Positions 48,514 to 61,634 of a stretch of 64,000 bases of DNA are shown here, one piece after another. The DNA comes from Polymyxa betae A26-41 (Eukaryota > Protista > Endomyxa: Phytomyxea), in contig RBZT01000125.1 in NCBI GenBank assembly GCA_003693705.1, forward strand, positions 372,001-436,000, in the 5' to 3' direction. The notes beneath the pieces were generated by a model. That model was not told the DNA's origin. It worked only from the letters and a program-made list of their open reading frames with translations, and searched no databases. The position numbers and the translations under genes are program-made. Position 1 is the first letter of the stretch; each line of letters begins with the position of its first letter.

Positions 48514-51344
48514 ATGGGGACGTTCTCCAACTTCTCAGGCAAAAGTGAATTCGTTTTCCAAGCACTGATTCTAGCTTGCATATACATCCTTGGTAATGAT
48601 TATAATCTAGAGCTGAGTTTTGTTCAATTGAATTATAGCATTCTGCGTTCGACTGTTTAGTGTTCTGAGGCACGAAAGTGTGATTCATGAATTCGATCCC
48701 TGGTTTAACTTTCGAACTACAAAGTACCTAGTCTCTGAAGGTTTCTATGAGTTTCACAACTGGTTTGATGAGATGTCATGGTATCCATATGGGCGCTATA
48801 TCGGCGGGACCATATATCCAGGTCGCCCTATCTGAAATCGTTCTGCTTTTATCTATTAACAGAATTTGCTGTAGGATTAATGTGGACTGCGGCAATCGTC
48901 TATAAACTACTGCATGCTCTGAATCTGCCAGTTGATATCCGAAATGTTTGTGTGCTCTTAGCGCCTTGGATGGCAGGCAATACCTCCATTGTTGCATATC
49001 TCTTAACAAAGCGTGCCTGGACTCCAGCGGCTGGTCTTGTTGCTGCTGCTTTCATGGCTCTTTCTCCCGGGTATAATTTCTGCTAAACTTTCTGTTTTCA
49101 GCTGAAATTCCGGTTAGATATATATCCCGATCTGTGGCTGGATCTTACGACAATGAAGCTGTGGCGATATTTGCCATGGTTTGTACATTCTGGCTGTGGC
49201 TTGTCGCCCTTGATACTGGGTCGTTACTTTGGGGTGCATTTTGTGCTTTATCGTATGGATATATGGTGGCTGCCTGGGGTGGCTATGTATTTATATGGAA
49301 TATCATTGCCGTCCATGCATTTGTATTAGGTCGACTTAAATCAGCGTTTTCTTAGTTCAACATCAACTCACTGTTCAAATAGTCATCTCTGGGCGCTACT
49401 CTGCTCGATTGTATACTGCATACTGTACTTGGTATATTCTAGGTCTGCTTATCTCAATGCAGAGTCTGTGTATTTTCTATGCGCCATATCGTATCTAAAA
49501 ACTGATTCTGCAGTCATGTTCGTTGGATTCCAGCCGGTGTCATCGTCCCCAGAGCACTTTCCTGCAACGGGAGTATTCTGCCTTCTTCAAGCCTATGCAT
49601 TTTTGAGCTACATTCATTCACGAGTCTCTGCTGAAACGGTAATCTCACCAAGATTGGTTTGTTAGCTAGCTAAAAGATTCCATGTAGTTCCGAAAGATAA
49701 TTCGAATGATATCTTTAACGATTGCCGCCAGCATTGCAGGTGTTCTGGTTCTGGCGATCACAGGAACTGTGCCATTCTTGACTGGACGTCTAAAATCTCT
49801 GATGGGAGCCACTTCGAATATTGCTATTGTCAAGAGTGTCTCCGAACATCAACCGACAAAGTGGCTGACTTTCTTCCTCGATCTTCACTGTATGGTAGCT
49901 CTTGCTGCTGTTGGCATATACTGTATGTACACTCTTACTCTTTTTGGATCACCCATCTTACTTTTGTGTCAGATGTATTTTGGTCGGTGTCTGACACAAA
50001 TATCTTCCTGGTTCTCTACATGCTATTTTCTGGGTATTTTGCGTCCATTATGATCCGACTAATGCTTGTCATCTCTCCTGTTGCATGCTGCCTTGCTGGA
50101 ATCGGGACATCTGAAACTATGCTGACATTCTGTCATATTCTTACCTCACGGTCGGATTCGCAAGAGTCTTCAACGCGCCAAAGTGGATCGAAACCCCGTC
50201 CCTATGGAGCCTCTCAGGAAGAACAAAGAGATTGGTATCGCCAAACTTACGTCAAGCCAGGTTTCTTTGCGGTGCTGATCAAATGCTAATAATCTCATAC
50301 GTTATAGTTCCAAGCATCTTTTGCATCGCCGTCCTCTCTATGTTCGTATATATGTTTTTCTTCTTCGTACCTCACAGCAGCTGGATGTCTGCCAATATGT
50401 ACTCTTCACCTCAAGTATGTCTTCTCTTTTCAAACGGGATTCAAACTTAGTTTGATTATCAGGTGGTACTTTCTGCTAAAAATCGGGACGGCAGTCTGCT
50501 CATCTTCGACGATTTTCGTGAGGCATATCAATGGCTAAATCACAACACCGAGCAGGATGCAAAAATTCTAAGTTGGTGGGATTATGGATATCAGATCACC
50601 GGAATGGGGAACAGAACGTAAGCTTATGAGTCCTTCTTAGAATGTTTATTGATAGCTGCTCACCTAGGGTCATTGTGGACAATAATACCCGCAACAATAC
50701 TCATATCGCAACAGTTGGGCTGGTCATGGCTTCTAATGAAGATCGGGCAATTGAAGTCATTCGCCGATTGGATGTCAGCTATTTACTGGGTCGGTAACTT
50801 GGTGAGAATCGAAGGTGGATCTAAAATTAATTCGCAGTTGTTTTTGGTGGCATGGTGGGTTTCTCATCAGATGATATCAACAAATTTCTGTGGATGGTCA
50901 GAATCTCGGGTGGCGTTTATCCTGAGGTATGCTCCACCTCCAAGCGGTTTGCTTCAATGCGTTGATGTTTTGCTTCAGGTTGTAGAAACCGACTATTTCA
51001 ATAGTCATGGAGAGTATCGCGTTGATCATACTCTATCTGATCGTATGAAGAATTCGCTGATGTATCAAATGTGCTACTATCGATTTGGAGAAGTGCGGCT
51101 GGGCTGGGAAGGACAAGTAAGTTCCTTGATAATTCTATTATTATTGGTTGAACTCGTCGTAAAGGGAGGTTACGATCGTGTTCGTAATTGCGTTATTGGA
51201 CACAAAGATTTCAAGTTTAAATACCTGGAAGAGGCGTTCACTAGTGAGCACTGGATGGTGCGAATATACCGGTATCAAATCATAATTTGGGGTTTGTGTT
51301 GGTTTAACATGAATTCTAGGGTTAAACCACCTGCAAATGTCTGA
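48514..51344 (+). CDS. STT3: Oligosaccharyltransferase catalytic subunit STT3, many exons
   Basis: [69 protein letters not shown]. Confidence 0.97.
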
Positions 51345-52005
51345 TATCAAGTTTATTATCAATAAATCTCTTTTCTACTGCAACAGAAAAAGCTCAGTTC
51401 GGTTTATTATCCTATCAGTTTCTGTTTTAACTTCAATTTCCACATTCGGTTCTTCATGTATACTTTCATAGTCATCAGTTTCTAGGGTCTTTTATAGATG
51501 ATTGCTATTGCTTGTGCCACAATCTAGGAGTCGAGGCACCAGAACAGTAGTGCCTTGAAAGGACCCATTTCAACTTTACTAGGATCGTCGAAATCATACA
51601 GTCGAACCTCATGTTAACCGAACATGATGCCAATTGTCATGCTGTATTGGCAGGGCGGAGCCCACAGCTCCAAGTTGACTCCAAACGGGAGATGAGAGAT
51701 CAATGAAGGTCCCCTCCGAATTGCGATGAGGGGTCACTTACCAGTTGGTCACTGTCCCATGACCCATGTCATGCATGACCATGTTCGCGCATGTCACTGT
51801 TTTCTGTTCATGACATGTCATGTCCTTGCCTGGCATCACTGAAGACCCCGTTTTTCCAATGAGGGGCCCTTTTTTCGTTTCTAAGTTCCAGTTGCTCTCG
51901 TAGTCGTATTGGATGACAATTGACACCCTCGTTGCCACACCCTTTTGTCACTGTCATATCGCCTTCGTTTGCTTAGGATTCATTTTCGTATCTTAAGCCT
52001 CCTTC

Positions 52006-53450
52006 ATGTCGTCGATCGTGCTCTGGCCATCGAACCCGGCATCGCAGATCCATGTACAAATCCCAAAGCCTCCTGAACCTACATCAATTCCTTCCCCAAA
52101 GGCTAAGGTTGGATAAGTTGCCTGCTACTAGTCAACTCGTTCTGAACCTTCTTCTAGCATGGTGCATACAAGAGTAATAGACCGCTGACAATATTGATCG
52201 TTTTAGCTTACAATCTATAGTCTGGCATCGAAACGTCGAACCGTCTTTAAGAGAAGCATATAACAGTGTTTATGGTCTGTCACTGTATGGATCCTTAGCG
52301 TTCGCTTCATTGCGAACGGCAACCGATTTTGTTCTGATCCAAACTGAGGTAATGCTGTACGTGGTCACATATCATTGCCTCATATTCCTATTATTCAGAC
52401 ACGAGAACGATTCTTGGGTCCTGCAACTGTCTCCACAACGCTGCGTTGTGGTCACAATAATTCCAAAATCGTTAAAGTAACAGCAACCAGCGCTGGCAAA
52501 GATGACGGCGATTTTGTTAGTATATTATTGGACGGCGTTGAAGTCTCATGCAATCAACGAGGATTCAATATTGTCGTTATCAATCGCGCAACAGGTATAA
52601 CGGTAAATTTGCCGATGGATTGCTCAGATTGAAAGCTTTTTAAAGGCGAACTTCATTCAAGCCACGTGTTTGATACGCATGGCTCTCCTTCGGAATCAGT
52701 GCGCTTGGCAGCTTTCATCAATGAAACAGCGACCACGCTTGAGGGTCATATTATTTTTGGTGAGTGCTGCTATTGTCGCAATCATGCATTGAGGCCTGAT
52801 ATGCATTGCAGGTGCCATTCGCGATGACGGTGCCAAGTTTCTAACTGCGAAAGGACGGAGCGCCATATCTCGTCTGGGAGTGCAGCTTCCTGAAGCAGAT
52901 AATGCAGAGCGTTTAGCTCAGGTTCGTGACATTTACGATTGACCGTCTTACTAAGTTGATGTAAACAGGTTATTCACTTGCTCCCAGCTCACCGTTGTCA
53001 AGTCTTGCTTACTGTATGTGCAAAAGCGAATGCTGCTCGGTAAAAAGATGATACCATCTAATTAGCGTGTAAACACTTGTCCAGATGTGCTCGTTTGTTG
53101 CTTGAAGCTGGATGGCCAGTATCTTATCGTGCGGCTCATACACTGAATACTCCATTGCATGATGCAGCATATCAGTGCAATACAGAGGTAATTGCTTGGT
53201 ACGGTTTCTCACCACTTCATTGATGTGTGTAACCCAGGTCGCTGAGGTCCTGATTGCATACGGTGCATGCCAAAAAGCAACGAACAGGTACTGGTTTTTT
53301 GTTCGTAAACATTTGGCTGACCGCCCTGCTAGATGGGGAGAATCCCCAAACGATATTGCAGCTACACGGCATTCATTCTCCTGCCTTGATGATATGCTGC
53401 TTGAAAGATCCATTCCAGTTCAGTCTATCATCGAATTCCTTAACCTTTAA
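52006..53450 (+). CDS. ILEI/FAM3(GG)-domain + ankyrin-repeat protein, multi-exon
   Basis: SAGKDDG..RGFNIVVIN..G..FDTH..LAAFI..AIRDDG..AISRLG (ILEI); TPLHDAAYQCNTEVAEVLIAYGA..N.WGESP (ankyrin). Confidence 0.78.
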
Positions 53451-53725
53451 GTTTACAAGTAACGATTTCGGTCATCTTTGCGAAAGAACGTTCACAACCT
53501 TAAACATAATAATCTTGTATGTATATATAAAACTAATATCTGAAGTGTTCAGTTAGATCGATTGTATTGAAGTTGAAAAACACCAGCACGATTACAATAA
53601 ACTATTCTGGATGTTTCTACATGGACAGACTTCTGACTTTGATTCAAGCTGAGAGTTTTGGCACTTCCACAAAGTTCGTTATTAAACATCAATTTATTAG
53701 GTAACTGATGCACAATGGAGACAAT

Positions 53726-56328
53726 TTAAAGATCACGCTTTTCCTTGGATTCTTTTAATTCAACAACTCTGTTGAACACTATCCTTTCAGCGGTGGTATC
53801 TGTATCGACAATGAAGTAGCCGAGTCGTTCGAACTGAAACCTGCTGCCAACAGCAACATCCTTCATCATCTCATCAGCCAAAGCAGTTTTCTTGACGACC
53901 AACGACTCGGGATTCAGGTCGCTGAGCCATTCCCCAAGACCAGCCGGGTCCATTGATTTGAAGAGGTGATTATATAGGCGAACTTCGACTTGAACCGGGT
54001 TCTTGCCAGAGACCCACGTGAGAATGCCTAGCGAGAGGGATCAACAAATTCATATCAGATTGACGTTAGCGAGACCCACCTTTTACTTTCGCTTTTGATT
54101 CCTTATCAACCGAGCATAGAAGCTCGACGACATCACCGTTTTCGTCAGTAATGACCTTATCACAAGTGATGTGGAAAGCGCATTTCAAATGCACCTGCAA
54201 AACTGTTTAAGACGACTGTTGAAAGACACAATCTAGCTTGCGCACCTGCTTGCCTGGCGCCAGACCATAATAACCAGCGACATCTTCCATCCTGAAGTCG
54301 CTTCTGTCGATATAGACGACGTTGGAGATGGGGACCTTGCGAGTTCCCAGTTCGGGTCGCTTCGGGTGGATCGGGACATCGAGCATCTCGACGCCCTCAA
54401 AGTTGGTCAACCGGATTCGCAACGGGTCCAGTACGACCATGTTCCGAGGCGCTTGCTCATCGAGCTCGTTACGGATGCAGGCCTCGAGCAGCGACATGGC
54501 GATGGTGTTCTCAGCACGAGTAACGCCGACGCGCGCGCAGAACTCGTTGATGGCGGATGGTGTGTAGCCGCGACGCCGCAGACCGTTGATCGTGAGCAGG
54601 CGCGGGTCGTCCCACCCCTGAACATAGCGATCTTCGACGAGCTGCTTCAGCTTCCGCTTCGACATCACATTATAGGTGATGTTTAGACGAGAGTATTCCC
54701 AAACCAGAGGCCGGTACAGGTCGAGTGCCTCAAGCAGCCAATAGTACGAGTCCCGTCGTACCTCGAATTCCAGCGTGCAGAGCGAATGCGTGATGTGCTC
54801 AAGAGAATCGACCAGACAGTGTGTGAAATCATACGATGGATAGATACACCATTGATCACCAACATGAGGATGCGGCTCATACTTGATACGATATGCAATA
54901 GGATCCCACATACACGGATTCGGATGTCGAATATCGATCTTCATACGCAGGGATACCTCACCCTCCTTATACCGGCCCTGACGCATCCATTCGAATTTCT
55001 TCAGGTTCTCATCAGGATCCGTATCACGCCAAGGCGACGGTGCCTGCTCCATGCGTGCAGCTCGAGCCGCCTTGATCTCGGCCTGAGTCTGATGGCAGAC
55101 ATAGGCCTTGCCGCGCTTGATCAGGAGCTGGGCCAGCGCGTACAGCTGTGGGAAGTACTCGGATGAGTACGTGATGGCAGCTGGTTCATGTCCAAGCCAG
55201 TGGACATTCTCCTGAATCGAGTCGATATAGACCTTCTTCTCAGCTGATGGATTCGTATCATCGTAACGCAGGAAACAGGTTCCAGTCTTGGCCTTGGCAT
55301 AGCCGAATGAGAAGTTCATCGCCTTGGCATGACCAATGTGAAGGAATCCGTTGGGTTCAGGCGGGAATCGAGTCCTTACACGCCCACCTGTGATCTCATT
55401 ATGGATTTTGAGCAAATCGGGCGTGTTGATAGCTGAGTCTAGAGGACGAGCAATGAACTCTTTCTCCATCTCGGCCATGGTCATGACCGGAGCCAGCTCG
55501 GTCGATGATTTTGGGGCGGCGGCCGTTGTTGTACCGTCCTTCTTGGGGGCCTTGGATTTCTTAGTCTTCACCATATCTGTGAATGAAATGAGGAACGACA
55601 AAATGACACAAAGGTTAAATTCACCTTGTTCGGTTTTAGGACCCAAAAGGTTCAAAATCTGAGCATCCATCTCAGTTTTGACAGTGTTGGCATCAACGAA
55701 TGGCAGACGTCCTCGAATCATGCCCAACAAAGGGCCAAAAGCGTAATGATATCTATTTGAAATTTGAGATATAGAGCGGATACGATTAAGTTGATAATGA
55801 ACCTCTTTTGCTTGATCTCATCGACGAAGTTGCCAATTACGTCAGATACAGCCTGGGCGATCTCTTCGGGAGATGTCACCACACCAACACCGCATTTTGA
55901 TTCAAATGTGGCCTGGTCGAAGGTGGTGTTCTTGGAGAAGTAGTCGATAGCAGCAGCAACGTGTGCTGGGCTGCCCAATCGCCTATCATGTTATATCAAT
56001 AATCGGATTCTCTTTTATAAGCAAGCTCTGGTTACCCATCAACGATATAGGAAAGCAGCAGCTTTCTATGATTGAGAACAAACGGGGTGGGCTTCAGATT
56101 AGAAGCTACAGAGACCAATAGCTTTCCAATAGATTCGGAACATCCCGACACCAAGCCAGCCTAATGCATAGAGATTAGAGCGTGGAATGCCCCTTCAACA
56201 AATGCGATCTAATCAACCTCACGGATGATATTCTCGAGATTCTGAGCGTCCTGCTCGCTGAGCTGTGACACAAATTTGGGATTCAGGCCGATACCCAAGA
56301 GGAGATCATTGCGGTCGTGTGAGTGCAT
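53726..56328 (-). CDS. QARS1: Glutaminyl-tRNA synthetase
   Basis: TRFPPEPNGFLHIGHAKA, DSLEHITHSLCTLEF, MSKRK, GWDDPRL, FQFERLGYF; eukaryotic N-terminal domain. Confidence 0.97.
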
Positions 56329-56679
56329 ATTCTCTAGACAAATGAGGGCTCGGATCACCTGTGCGCAGATTCTCGAATCTCCATCACTATACGCAAGTCA
56401 GATTGGTACATAGAGGACCGACGTGGGCCAAGTGTTTTACAAGAGATTCCGCTCACTCGCAATATCCTTCCCCAATCTATATTTAGATCAATGGGGACAT
56501 GAACTCCTCTATTCTATCACGACAACATTTCAATGACCCATGTTGAAAGATACGGATCTCGGGCATCATTGCCCGGAAATGGCTTCTTCCGCAGTTACCG
56601 TTTCATCATTTAATATTACAATATGCTACAACTTATTGATAATGATGAACTGAATAAATATATTAGTCGATAAATTAAT

Positions 56680-59600
56680 TCACCTAGATAAGCGATCCAA
56701 TAAGGAAAGAACATATTGCACACTAGAGTCCCTAGACTCAAAAGAAATGGACTCCAGCAGATGATGTTGCAGTTTAAAGGGCAAATCTAACCATTTTGAC
56801 AGCAGGTCGATGTCGATGAAAGATTTCAATGGATGAGAACCTGATCTATATCTCGGAGAGATATTGAACTGCCTTATGATGCTCGATTGAAGCTCTTCAA
56901 GAATTCGGCTGTCTTTCTCCACCAATTCGTCACGTAGAGATTGAACTTCGTAAACCGATCCAGAGAGAGTGAAAATAAGGTGCCGATTATCCTCCTTTGC
57001 CACAATCTTACAAACGGTTTCTCCCAAATAAAGAAACCCTTCATAAAAGCTACAGATAAAATGAGCTTGGGTTCATATCAACAATTTATCACAACGTACG
57101 CTGTCTTAGCGGCCGGGTTGATAATAGATATAGAGCCCATTTTATCAGCAACAAATTCGTTTCCGTCAGGAAGAATAGCACAACGTGTTGCAGGATGAAG
57201 ACTTCGATTTGTAGAGATGATCTGGCACTAATGAATATCAAAATGGAATAAACTGTTGCTTGTTACCTTAAAGCACGCATTGGGACCAGTTTGATATCGG
57301 AGCAGTTGCACGAAACCCCGAGAGCCACAAACCATGATTTGTCCAACTTCTTCAGACAACGCCCGGCACGAGATATAAACCACCTAAGCCAAGCACTGAA
57401 TAAATAATAGGAACTGGACCAGTGCACACTAACCAAGTCTTGGATTTTGACTTTGCATTGACTCACTATGTCTTCCGATGATATTTTCATCACATGAACA
57501 CTGTCAGCAAATGCTACACATAACGAGCGTTTATTCATAGCAGCAATCGATAGAACTGCTGCTCCAAAAACTTCACGTAACCGCGAGATAGGAGCACTAG
57601 AAGGATTAGTAAACAAACTTGAAACCCACGCACACAGACAATACAACCTTGAAAGAGCGATATCATCTTTGGAATGCCTAAGTCGAGTACCAGTGTTTTC
57701 AGATAACCGATAACAAAGTAAGCGACCGCGACTTGAGGAAAACGCGGAAGTGGTGCTCGAAACGGAAGTCCCAATACAGAGAAGTTTGCCATACAGATCA
57801 TTGTCCCAGAAACACAGAGATTGCACCGATTCCATTTGTTCCAGTGAGCCTACAAAGAGCATAGAAGCGCTGTTCAGAGATAATATAGCGTTTGTGATCC
57901 ATACCGAAAGCTGCACGAAAACCAGTCGTATTATCAATCAGAAAAAGCTTTGATCGAAGTGCGCCTTCAACTGAATCGGTACAAGCGCAAACGATAATGT
58001 TCGAAGCGGGATCGTGAGCCAGACGACGGGGCGTTAAGTTTAGTTTGTGGCCATGAGCTGAATAGTGAGAGCATGAATTCAGATTGTTCATCAGAGATGG
58101 CTTCTGACATACGAGCAATGCTGGAATTGTGCAGAATAGCGGACCTGTCCAACGTACGTTCCATCTAAGACGCATATTCAGGACTGGCAGAAGTGACTAT
58201 GGCTTGATTAACATCACCTCGACAATAGACATTTCATCATCACAGACGACGACAAAAATACCAGGAGCAAATCCAGATGCAACTAGAAATGGCGCCACAG
58301 AAGCTGATTTTGAAGATGAACCTGGCAAGAATTGCACCGAAAACTTGTCGGTGCACTGTTTTACTTCAACTGATTCTCCTCGTGTTCGTATGAGGAAAGG
58401 CTTTTCGCAAATCACCAAAAGGGAAAAGATTCCTGCAGTTTCAGTATTATAGCAAGTAACAACGATAGTGGATCAAGATACCGCAACGATCGAGAACAGT
58501 TGTCATTGCAACCGGTGCCTCACCCAATTCAATGGTTTGAGGAGCACAAAAGCAAACCGATTCCTGAGCTTGTAGCGTCTTATGGAAGGCAGAAATCGGG
58601 TAAAAGTAGCGGTCAATTTTTCCGTCTCGGCGGCCAAGGAAGATATGTATCATATCATTTGTTTGGGATCGCAAAAGTTCGATACACTCCACCGCCATAA
58701 AGCTGCCTTCGTCTGAACTTCCCTCATTCAGCGTGGACGCTATATGAAAATCTAAATCTGCATCGGGAATAGCAAGTTGAGCAGATCCGTTGCTGTAACA
58801 AAAAATGGCCCAAATAAGAGATTTCGAATTGACACTTTCGGAACACAATTTCAATGCTGTGACATCCGAGCTTGGGTGAGAATGCGCGTTAAAAAGTACA
58901 GGAGGATCCTGCTTTGTCTTTCCAAACCAATACAAGCAGCATTCCTTTCCAGAGCCAATTAGCACGTTACCAGACTCCAAGATTGAAGCTGCGACTATTG
59001 GCTCGGAGAAAGCAGTATCTGAGATGATGCTCTCTGTAGTACCCGGCTGCTGGCATCGCACAATACGAATACCATACTCATACACCTGACAGAGTAGTTC
59101 ATGGTGGTAAACTGGACTTGTTGCTATAGTCGTCGATACTTGACAGATGTTCCATTGATCGGATATATCGTTTAGGATATACTTTCCATCTAAGTCTGTT
59201 ATTCCAAGAAGGCGGCTGCTGCCAACGAAGCATAGTAGCAAAATTTGGAAAGATTTCCCACTCTGCAGCGATATGATCCGACGGAGGCCTTTATAGCCGC
59301 GAGAGGAGTTTGAAATACTTTTAAAAGGAAGTCCATATTGAAGGACAGATATCCGGCCATGTTTACCAGCTTGGCAGCCAATTATAACTTGATCCTCAAC
59401 GGAGAGGAAATCCGCGTCTAAAATAGGGCTGAAAGTAGGAAATGAATCTAAGACAGAAATAGAAGATAATCCATAGGAGGGGAACCAATTATTGATAGTA
59501 AACAGGCACCCATCACAGAAATCACCAAATAAGCACACAGCTGTCGTATTCCCAGGTGTCCTAAAAGCGGCATTCGAAGTTGCAGCGGTCGGAAACGAAG

Positions 59601-60639
59601 CCAAGGTACGGCCGGGATTCACAACGCCAAGATGATGCAACTCAAATGAGTTCGAATCATTAATAGCAATATGGAAGAGATCTCCCGATTCAAACGAAGC
59701 CAAAATGCGGCCATCACATAGGTGAAGAGCCGATAATAGGGGGGCAGAATTTTGAATGGGACGATGACCGCAATTACTCGGTTGCCAAATAGGCACGTCC
59801 TTCGAGCAAACAAAACTCTTTTTTTCTAAATCAAGTAACGAAATTTTGGATTCGCTGAAAACGATGATCGTATGATCGCTTGAGGGAATCCGAGAGCAAT
59901 CGATAACTTCGCCACTCCATGGAGTTGATATTGTAAAGACAACTCGTTGCTGAGGAGCGACCTGTATCAGACAAACACGTTCGGAACCAGCCTCTGACGA
60001 GAGAAACACAACGAGGCGCGTAGAATCAATAAATTCCATAGCCATAGGAGTCGAAGACAATCGAAACGGTTTCGTATCCGATGGATCTGATTCATTGGGT
60101 GAGACAATCCATAGATCAGTTTCAAACGAGGCAATGGCAAATCGCGAGCCATCGTCGTTTGCCACCATTAAACGGGACGGTCGGGAAAATGGCGATTCGT
60201 CTGGTAGGTAAATGCATTGCCTTGACAATACCAAATCCGGATTGAAGAACATAATTCGGCTCGTGTTGACAAGAATAGCTATGGAATCAGGACGGTTCGG
60301 CAAAAGCAGGGCACACAAGGCGACATCATACAGGTCTGCTTGCTTAACACAGTTTAACGTCCCATCGGCAAACCGCAAACGCCAAAGAGTGGACTCGCCG
60401 ACCAGAACGCAATCAGATGTGTCAGGAACAGGGACACAGGCGATGGGTGTCGATGCCTTCAGTAGGCATCGCAATGCGAATCGAGACGACGACGAATGGT
60501 CTGGAGAGGAGGCGGAAGAGGAGTGTGGCTGCTCCCCAGACAGAGATTGAAAGGGACCAAGACTGTGGAGGGGACCGTCTTCAGATGACATTGGTCGGTG
60601 GGGCCGGTCTGACTGTATTCTCCCACTGTCTAGGTCCAT
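56680..60639 (-). CDS. Divergent DDB1/CPSF160/SF3B3-family triple beta-propeller protein (MMS1-like)
   Basis: FSPILD..GCQAGKHGRISVLQYG, LCQVYEYGIRI, TPRRLAH; C-terminal YRS..KSFIDIDLL..LDL..Q. Confidence 0.72.
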
Positions 60640-61634
60640 CTGCTGCCAGTGACCAGATCACCCCACCGCAACACACTGACACTGACCACCTGCGGATTCC
60701 ATCCTTCATGCGGCTCAAACTCGAAGGTCTGTTCGATACTCGGCTCAGCATTTGACCCCTCTGTCCTTGACAAACCTTGCCTCATCGTCAATCCTTTTGC
60801 CTTGGAGAGATTCGTAACCGGTTTCTTTTCCTGGATCTGGCTATGATAACTGATGGATATCCCTGATACCGAGTTATTGAACGCATTAAAGACGACTGGT
60901 TTTCTGTTTGGTATTGAATTTATCTTTGCAATTTAAGTCTATGGGCATTATTGAACTACCAAACGGAACTCTGCAGTTAGGTATTGCCAATCTATAACTC
61001 AAGGTTTTCTGGAAGATTATGGGACGTCAACCCAAATAGGAGGTCACTCAAAGCCTAATTCGTTTTGGTAAGTTCATGTCTTCCGATAATGTTCTCCCCT
61101 GAGATCCTTCCGTCCCAATATAGCACGGCAAATGATTTATTGATACATCTTTCAATTAATGAACCAAAGTTGTTCAAACGATTCTGAGATTGCTTTTGAT
61201 ACGTCGCCAGTCAGCGAGATTGGTCCTAGAGGCTTGACTGGGTTTGGACTGGTTGCTTACATTTTGCTCGGATTCGCTTGGGACATGATAAAATACAACA
61301 ATGTAGCAAATACCTAGGTGAAGGTTGCTAGTGGTACATATACGGAAGCAATCAGTTTTTGCAAAACGGATATTGGCTGTCAGTTTCTCGGTTCAGACCG
61401 CAGGACATTCTAAAGGCTAAAGGAGCGCAGGGCTTCAATATAAATGCCACAAGCACCTAAGGCCAGGCGTCTTCTTGGAATTTTCAAAGCGAGTAATGTT
61501 ACAATGTGAGGCTGCGCCTCACGCTATTTGAATATTGAATCCATTCAATCTCCCAGTCGGGATCTGTCGTCATTTCGTAGACTGCCTGGTGTCTGCTTTC
61601 CCAGGAATCTAATTCGGCATCCAGACTCCGGTCC

